In this document: positions 34,401 to 43,400 of the stretch, one piece after another | Position numbering within the stretch: the first letter of the stretch is position 1 | How the letters are laid out: every line of letters begins with the position of its first letter | IMG/VR virus record: IMGVR_UViG_3300009314_000003 | Location: 32,001-96,000 of that record | Source of the DNA: a virus | Reading direction: 5' to 3' (one strand) | Length of the DNA: 64,000 nt | Position numbers and translations under genes: made by a program | The notes under the pieces: generated by a model | Databases searched by the model: none | What the model saw: the letters and a program-made list of their open reading frames with translations, nothing else | What the model was told of the DNA's origin: nothing

Positions 34401-37400
34401 AGACATGCCCTGGAGATGATGTCTGATGTATTTGGGGAGAGCCCTTACCTGCTCTTCGAAGGGGGCCCGATGGGATGGGCCAAGAATGTCTTTTCATGGG
34501 GTTATGATACCTTCGGACGTACTATGGACCTGGTTGGCCTGGGCTGGGATCGAGGACGTTTCCCGAAGTTCATGGGGAAGGATAGTATAGCCGGACTCTG
34601 GACCAAGAGATTCGCTCTCATGGGTGGTGTTGCAGCCGCTTACCAGACGGTAGACACTGTTACTGATACCACCCCCATATTTGCTGGTTCCTTGGCCCAT
34701 GACGAATTAGTCGCTGTTAGACATAAACGGACTGGACTAGTGAGCCTTGTCAAAATTGGTGAGTTTGTTGAAGATGGTAGAGCCGATAATAATCAATTTG
34801 AAGCCTGGACCAACCATGGCGGCAAAATCGGCTGGTATGACATTACCCAGGGCATTAGACATAAGCGTGAGACCACATTAGTGAGGGTTGAGTTAGAATC
34901 CGGTGCCGATCTATTTGTCACGGATAACCACTCTCTATTCACGGGATCGGAGAGCAACCTACAACTTCAAGCGCCAGAAGTTGGGAAGCATATTGTCGCG
35001 TTAGAGTCGCAATACCCATCAGGGGCAGGTATATCAAGAGTTGACATCAGTGATCTTGTAACGTCGTTGCCAGAGAAGCTGTACGTGGCTGTTGAGGACC
35101 CGTCCTTAAATCGTGGCAACTACAAACTCCGCGCGGATGCAGAGGATATTTGGGGTAGCAACTATGTGAGGTGGCTACGGGACAGGGTAACATATCATAA
35201 AGCTGTTTATAGGACCACCTATGAAGCCTATACGGAGTGCCCAAAGAAAGAGTTCACTAAGATTCGTCACTTTAGATCTCCTGTGAAGATCCCGTCTGGG
35301 TGGGAGCTAACTAGGGAGTTTGGATATGTGTTGGGTATGTTTGCTGCTGAGGGGTGTGCAACTAAGTCTAATGGTAGTGTGTATGGCGTTCTCTTCAGCG
35401 CCAAGGATTATGGTAGTCTTGGCCACAGATATAAAGGCCATATTAGATCAAGGCTCGTCTCTGCACTCAAGACTGTATTTCCAGATGCCAAGATTTCACA
35501 TTCTCACAAGAAAATAATACTCCACGGGTATCTATACTACTGGCTCTTCCATGACGTATTCAAGATGGGCCATGGCGCGTCCAATAAACGCCTCCCGGAC
35601 TTTGCACTGAATGGCCCGGAAGGGTTTAGGAGAGGACTCATTGATGGATATATTGATGGGGATGGATATCAGAAGCAGACCGGCGACACCATCAGACCGG
35701 CCGGTATTGGGAGTACTTCCCGCGAACTCGTCACTCAAGTTTATCTATTACTCAGGATGGAGGGCTGCCAGGTAAAGCTGTCTAGCAGGGAGCCAAGACA
35801 GGGACAAATTATTGATGGTCGCGTTGTTAATGGTAACTATCGAACCTATGCGATTACCATCAGGGATCTACACACAGATTTGTATGATGTATCAAACTCC
35901 AACCATGCTAGAACTATACGAAGTAACAGGGTCTCGTCCGCAATAGCAAGTATGTCCGCATGTGAGGAGCAGCCAGACTTTGTGTATGATATCTCCGTGG
36001 CTGGTGCGGAGAAGTTCATCGCTGGATTTGGTTTCTTGTATGCACACAACACTGCCCTCGATGAGGGGACTACGGTTTTCTTAGCTGACCAGGCCGTAAG
36101 GGCCAGGTTATTCGCCGGTTACGTATATGATATTACAGGCATCACGGATACAATGAAGTATCTTGAGGGTCTTATGCCGAAGAGTACACAAGTTCTGCCA
36201 GGGGCAGCCATGGGTTTCGCTATGGGTGGTGTACCAGGAGCAATTACCGGCGGTATTCTTAATGCCTGGACCCAACCGGTCCTCAAGGAAGGCCCCCTCT
36301 CCTTCCTCTCCCTCTTACCCCCCACTGCCCCATTTGTCTCTGACATGACTAAGAGCTTCAAGGAGCTACAGGATTTATATTCCGGGAGGGAGCTAGAAGC
36401 CGTTAGAAAAGGATCGGGCTGGCCTTTTGGTTCTGTTCCTATTGAGGGTTGCCTCACCGAGAGAACCGAGGTCTTAGTTGCTGACGGTGGTACCACGTCT
36501 ATAAGGGCCATTAAGGTTGGGGACTGTGTTATTGGGCCGGCTGGTCCCGTTCTTGTAACAGCTACCAAGGATCGATACACCACTCCTAGTGAACAACTCT
36601 ACACAATCATCTCAAGATACAACCGATCTGACGAGGTTGAAATTACAGGCAACCATCCTGTACTAGTAGCAGAAGATCCTTTTAGATGCTCTGTTGTATC
36701 CAATGGGACCTGTTCCCCGAGGCGTAACCAGAAGTGTCACAAATGCAGCCATCCGTATTGGCAGTCCTACAAACTCGGCTGGAAGCGGGCCGATGATATT
36801 ACCAGTGATGACTTACTAGCAATACCACGGCGCAGGTTCAATAGCAGCTCCGAACATGTTATCCGGTGGGTGGACTTCCTTGGTGATGATTATAAATACG
36901 TTGGTGGCCACGTCTGGGTTAATAGTAAACTGGGCACTTTTGGCAATGAGGCTCTCAGAGCAATCGTTGACCTGGTCCTGGATGATCTACCACATAAGGA
37001 TTCTGAGAAGCAACGTAGAATTGAGGCGATCGCTACACAGTCTGGCAGGATGCCCAGACAAGTTCGTCAGAAGATGGTAGATGTGCGGGACAGACTTAGA
37101 GATGGATGCCCTCGAGATTGCATTGATTATGTGGATCTTGGTTCCTTGGCAGAATATCTGCCACTCTCCTATGAGACGGGGCGCTTTCTTGGTCTTTACG
37201 CCGCCGAGGGGAGTGTGTGTGATAATGGCACTATATCATTTGCTTTCCACGCCAACGAAATAGAGTATCACCAGTTTGTTGAGTCGTGCATGCGCAGATA
37301 CTTTGGTTCGGACACAGTTACTCATGTGTCGGGCCCACAAACCGCAGGGACAAATCAGTGGGCTGTTCAATGCTTCTCCACACCTATAGCCAGCATCCTG

Positions 37401-40400
37401 GGAAGAATGTTCAACCGCGGAGCTTCTAGTAAGGACATCCCGGCCAGGTTGTTTGAGGCGAACGATGATTTCTTGCGTGGGTTTCTGAGGGGACTATTTG
37501 ATGGGGATGGACACCACAATTTGATAAAACCAAGAGTGGAGATGCGCCTGGCCAGTAAGGATCTGATTAATCAAGTTCAGTTGGTACTGGAGCATTTCGG
37601 TGTCGTGGGATTTGTGTCCCAGGTGGACAATAATGGCTTTGATGCTTACGAAATCCTTGTGAGCAGCTCTAATGCCCGTGCCCTACTCCAGCTTATGGAG
37701 GGCGTACATGAAAGCACATTCTACGATAGCCTGCCTGGTAAAGGAGCCTGGGTTTGCGGAGACTTCATCTTCACGGAAGTTCATAAGATTTCATCCAGGT
37801 CATGTCCTGAAGGAACCCATGTATATGATATCGAAGTCGCAGAGGGTGAATCCTTCCGCACAGTTGGACTCCATCTTCATAATTCAAGAATTACAGCATA
37901 CTCTCCTAACTGGTACCCCATGTTGAAGGCTCAGTATAAAGCCACCCCGGCCCTTTACGGTTCCAAGCTTGAGCAGTGGGCCTTTAAGGACCTTCCCTTT
38001 GTCGACTTCAGCTTTGGTGACCTTATTGACCCCGACTACCTAACCAGGAAACACTATTACGACAGGCCCTATATTTCGTGTCTAACTCCAGGTACCTTAA
38101 TTATAGGCGATAGAATTACAGCCATAGATAAAATCAGGGAAGGCTCACATGTTTATACTAAGTCAGGAGAACTATCAAAGGTTACCGAGGTACATAGAAG
38201 AAATGTAAAAGAGCATATCACCAACATCCGTATTGCTAAACACTCAGAGCCGCTGAGACTTACCTGGAATCATAAAGTGATGGTGATGCAAACTGAAGTA
38301 TGTAGTCATAGACACAACAGCTCTAAGTCTAGACGAGTGTGTAGATTTGGGTTAACAAACAGTGATTGTGTGAAATGTACAAACAAACTTTATAAGAACT
38401 ATGAACTCGGGTGGGTACGAGCTAAGCATATAGAACCTGGGGACATAGTAGTTAAATCCATACCAGATACGTCAGAAATTGTCGAATCAATCAACATAAG
38501 TGATTTTGTGCTAGATTATCCAGTTTATGATGGTTCAGTATATTATGCGCCGAGAGCAAATAAGCTGTCAGCTAAACTAGCTTGGATTAAAGCTCATATC
38601 CCCCAACACAAAGATAATGAGAAGGGAGCACTAAAGAGATTATCTGCTGCTTACGATATACCACTTGGGTATTTATATAATCACTACTATACTTGTAATA
38701 CTAATCAGTGGGAACGTTGGACTATACCAGATGCTCTACCTCTCGATAAGAACTTATTTACCATACTAGGATACTACCTTGCCGAGGGCTCACTAACAAC
38801 CAAAGGGGTTAGTTTCGTCTTTCATGAGAAAGAGTTGAATACATATGTTAAGGAACTAATCAATGCTGCTTCTAATCTTGGATTCAAATCATCGTCGTGG
38901 CGATATAAAGAAGGCTCAAAGGCTATTGAATTAACCATATACAGCGTAATTCTCAGGAAGATGGTAGATAGCTTATGTGGTAGGGCCGAGCAAAAACACA
39001 TTCACTCGTTATTGATGAAGGCCCCGAGGGAGTCCAGAATTGCATTTGTTAGATCCTATATAAATGGAGACGGTTGTTATACGGCCGTAGATAGGGGTAT
39101 TTGGACGGTAACATATACGAGTGTTGTACCTTCAATTAGTTATCAGATCCAGCAAATGTTGTCAACACTTGGTGTGTTTGCTGGTATCCACAAAAGTGAA
39201 TGTCCCCCATATAAGATCAAAATAAATGATAAAGTAAATGGCATATCCTCTGGTGTATACTATATAGGTACGATAAATGGTGTTGAGTGTAGAAAGCTTC
39301 TCGACTTATTTGAGATGGACCATCCACAAACCAATCCACCAGCTCCGAATAGGTGGGGGTGGATGGATAATAAGTTTATTTATTTAGCTGTTAGAAATGT
39401 AGACCGTGAGTATTATGAGGGACCAGTGTATGATATTACAGTTGATGGTGAGCACAACTACCAAACATCATCTGCAATAGTTCATAACTCCGATATTCCA
39501 TTTTTGGAGGTACCTCTAGTAGGACCGGCCCTGGCGGCAACAGCCGGACAGGCATTCCGGGCCATTCACCCCATGACACTTGATCACCCTATGCACAAGG
39601 AGGAGGTGCAGAGGGCTTTGCAGGAGGGCGTGGCCTACAGTTGGCGAGGGGAGGAGGAGCCCGGCTTCGGTCCCAGGTACACTGGTTCCGTGTATACAGA
39701 TGAATCATACAGTCAGGGTCGTATTATGGGGACACTCGAGGGTCGCAGTCCTACGATCCGCAGCAATATGGATGTACGACAGATCATCTCCGAGCAGATT
39801 TACAGGGGGTGGATTGAGCCGGCAGGTCTGGCTGGCTTCTGCCTACCAGAGGGATCTGAGGTTATTACTTATGGGGGCCTTTATAAGAAGGTGGAGGATA
39901 TTAATCTCGGTGATAAACTTATCACCCATAGGGGCCACCCTGGTAAAGTCACTAGGGTATATAAGAGATTTGTGGATGAGGATATTATTGAGCTTAGTGT
40001 TTCCCACTATGCCGATGTCCCTGTCCAATTGACGGGGGAGCATCCAGTCTTGGTAGCAAAAACGAAGCCCTGCCTGAAAACCCACGACAAACAACATTGC
40101 CTACCACTTCATGGATCTTCTAGGTGTTATTGTTGTCCAAGAGAGTTCAACACCAATCTGGAGTGGGTTGTGGCGAAGGATATTAAGGAGGGTGATTTTG
40201 TTGTTCAACCATCCTCTATAGGCCTTCCACATAGCGGTCTTTTGGATTTAGGTAAGATGGATGAGGTGGTAAATTATAAAAGGGTAAATAACAACAGCCG
40301 GTGCTCAAGAGATAGGGATCACAAATACTTTGTTATCGAGCATGACAATATTAGGTGGTGGAATGGTTCCAAGAAACGATTTCCAAGATACTTGGAGCTA

Positions 40401-43400
40401 ACCAAGGATCTTGGGTTCTTCTTCGGTGTATATTTGGCCGAGGGTAGTTTGGATCCTTCTCCCAATAAAGTAAATAAACACAACAGGGGCCCGGAGAGAA
40501 TACAGTTCGCCCTTCATAAAGATGAAACAGATGCCATAGGAAGACGCCTTATTCGTATTGCTCGGGAGTACTTCAATATTGATCCATCTAAATGCCACAT
40601 TACACCCAACCACGGAAATGGCATAAGATTAAGACTCCAATCTCATGCTCAGCTGGCTATAACTATGCATCTCCTTCTAGGATCAAAGGAGAACAAATAT
40701 CTACACCCATCCCTATCCAACGGTCCTACTAAGTTTATTATTGGTTTATTGGAGGGGCTACTAATCGGAGACGGTTGCGCATTTAACAATGAGAATTTAA
40801 CCACTATAACCCCTACAATTAGCCTAACAACCACTGCTTATGGTATTGTCCAGGCAGTACGTTATGCAATGACTAGAATAGGGCTACATCCTCCAGTAAC
40901 AACCAGGGATGATAGTATAGTTGGGAGAAAAACAATAATTAATAGTCACGTAGCGATCCATAAGCTCCCATCATATAGACTGCGGTTATCTGGGTATACA
41001 GCTGTTAAGCTAAATCAGTTAATACACCTCTACTCTGGGGACGGGGATTTCAATTATAAGCCTATACGCAAGAAGGCCCCAGAGGTTTTTACCTTATATG
41101 ATTACACTTATTTAAAGGTTAAGAAAGTAGTTAGCAAGAGATATAAAGGTCGTGTATATGATTTCGAGATTGGTGGGGATCATAGCTTTATGACTACTGC
41201 TTGTATAGTTCATAACTGTACCAGTGCCCTGTTATGGGATTCTGATGAACCATTCGTAGATGAGCCAGTCTTTGCCCCGGCTAGTGAGATGGACTCAATG
41301 GGACGTGCTTACTGGGATATGAATATTGGTGATCCATTCTTAATTGGCGAGGGTATACGTAGAATGATCCCCCGGCCCAGAACAAGTTATGAGAAGGTTG
41401 ATGACTTACTCAGAAACGATATGCCAGGATGGCTTCCTGAGAACTTTCGGCGTGGCGACCCCTTTTGCATTTCTCCGGATACTATGGTAGAGGTTTATGA
41501 TGGTCTGATTCGGGCGGATGGGGTCAAGGAGGGTGATTTGATTCGTACTATTAGGGGCCGGTATTTCCCTATTAACAAGATTGCTGTAAGAGAGGTAGAT
41601 GAACCGGTATACAAGATTAAACTTGCTGGTGTGGAATATATAACCACCGCAACAGCTGAACATCCATTTAGAATTCATCCTGGAAAATGGGCACTAGCTG
41701 AGGATTTAAGGCCAGGTATGTATGTTGCTTACCCGCGGCTGAAAATAGATTTCCCCACAGAGTTAGAAATTCTAGGTAGAAGGTTTCAGCTTTCCGGCCC
41801 ACTGGCTTACATACTAGGTAATGTACTTAAGTATGGCCGAGTGGGTGATTTGTCCCTGGCTGTTACAGGTGTGCCTGAGGGGGACAGTTTTGCCCGGACG
41901 GTACAAAACATATTAGGAATTAAACTTAGCAAGCAGGGTCATAGCAGAAGTAAAATATTGCTTAGTCTCTTCAAGGATCTTAATCTAAGGCTCCCTCCCA
42001 TGTTTTATGGGGGCCCATTAAATATATTCGCCTCATTCTTAAAACCATTTACGGACGAGCCTCTACCGGGCCGCCGATTCATTACCCTAACCCTACCCAA
42101 TATGTCATTAGCATACCAGGTATGGAATTGTCTAATACAACATGACGTCATAGGACAAATCGATGGATGCCAGATAACAATACCAAGATGGATGCTTGTG
42201 GGTTTCAATAAGAATGCTGTTCTCATAGACTATTTATGTGGAGATAGGGAGATATTACGCTACGGAGATATAAGTACCATACCCTATAAGAAACACGAAA
42301 GGGGTAATGATGATCACCTCTATATAAGAGTGGATGAGGTTGAGGAAATACATTATAAAGGCCCGGTCTATGGTTTTGAGGTTGATAGGGATAATACTTT
42401 TTGTGTTGCGGGCTGTATAAGTCATAACACCCGTATTCCCAGGGGCGAGGCCTTACTCCCTGGGCCGGGGTACGAATCAATGTTTAACATGGTTCTTGAC
42501 TTCCCCACCGGGGCCAGTAGGCTTGGTTATTCAGCCTATGAACAGGCCTTGCATATGATTGGCCTTAAAGATCCCCTCTCCGAGGATGAGGAAGAGATCA
42601 TGAGTGAGGGAACTGCAATCCACAAAATGGTACAGGCTCAGCTGACAAAGGAGGGGGTACTAAAAAAGGTTGAGGCATATGTAACAGATCCCTACAACCG
42701 TGTTTCATCCTATGTTGACGGTGTTATGGGGTCCGCCTACGGCGACATTCCGCTGGAGATTAAGAGCATCTCCAGTAAAGGTTTTCAGCAACTTACCCGG
42801 CCGAAGCACAAACATAACATCCAGTTGAATGCTTACCTGCATATGATGAAGGCACGTGAGGGTAAAATCTTGTATGTTAATAGGACTGACCCATCTCAGA
42901 CTAAGGAATTTAAGGTCCGTTATGACCCACGTCTCTGGGCGCAGACCCTGGCTGAATTGGAGACTGCTAGGGAATATGCCAGTCAGTTCCTGGGTGAGGG
43001 ATATGGCTCCTCCACGAATGGCTACTCATATGTAGATAGAATGCAGGTACTCATGAATGCCGCCCCCTTTTCCACAGAGTATAGAGAGGTAGCTCAAATT
43101 GTAGGGCAGCAGTCTGAGCTCGGACTCTTATCTGATGAGCAGGAGAACCACCTGAAGAGAATGAGGCGTTATCACCAGAACATGATGAGGCGCCATGAGC
43201 TCTATCCACATCGTTTCAAATGGAATCAAATTCTCGATCCGGATCCACAGTACCAGCAACTTAATAGTAATGAACTAATCAAGGCAGCTGCTGAATATCC
43301 ACTCCCGGCCAGAGTAGCTGGTTCGATCTGGGAATACATGACCCATCTCCGTTCGCCACTTCATAGCAAACTTATTGGCCAATACTCCCCCGAGGAACAG

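Noticed and set aside
42606-42980. Cas4 or CRISPR-Cas system
   Set aside because: No Fe-S cysteines, no other cas genes and no repeat-spacer array seen in the window.
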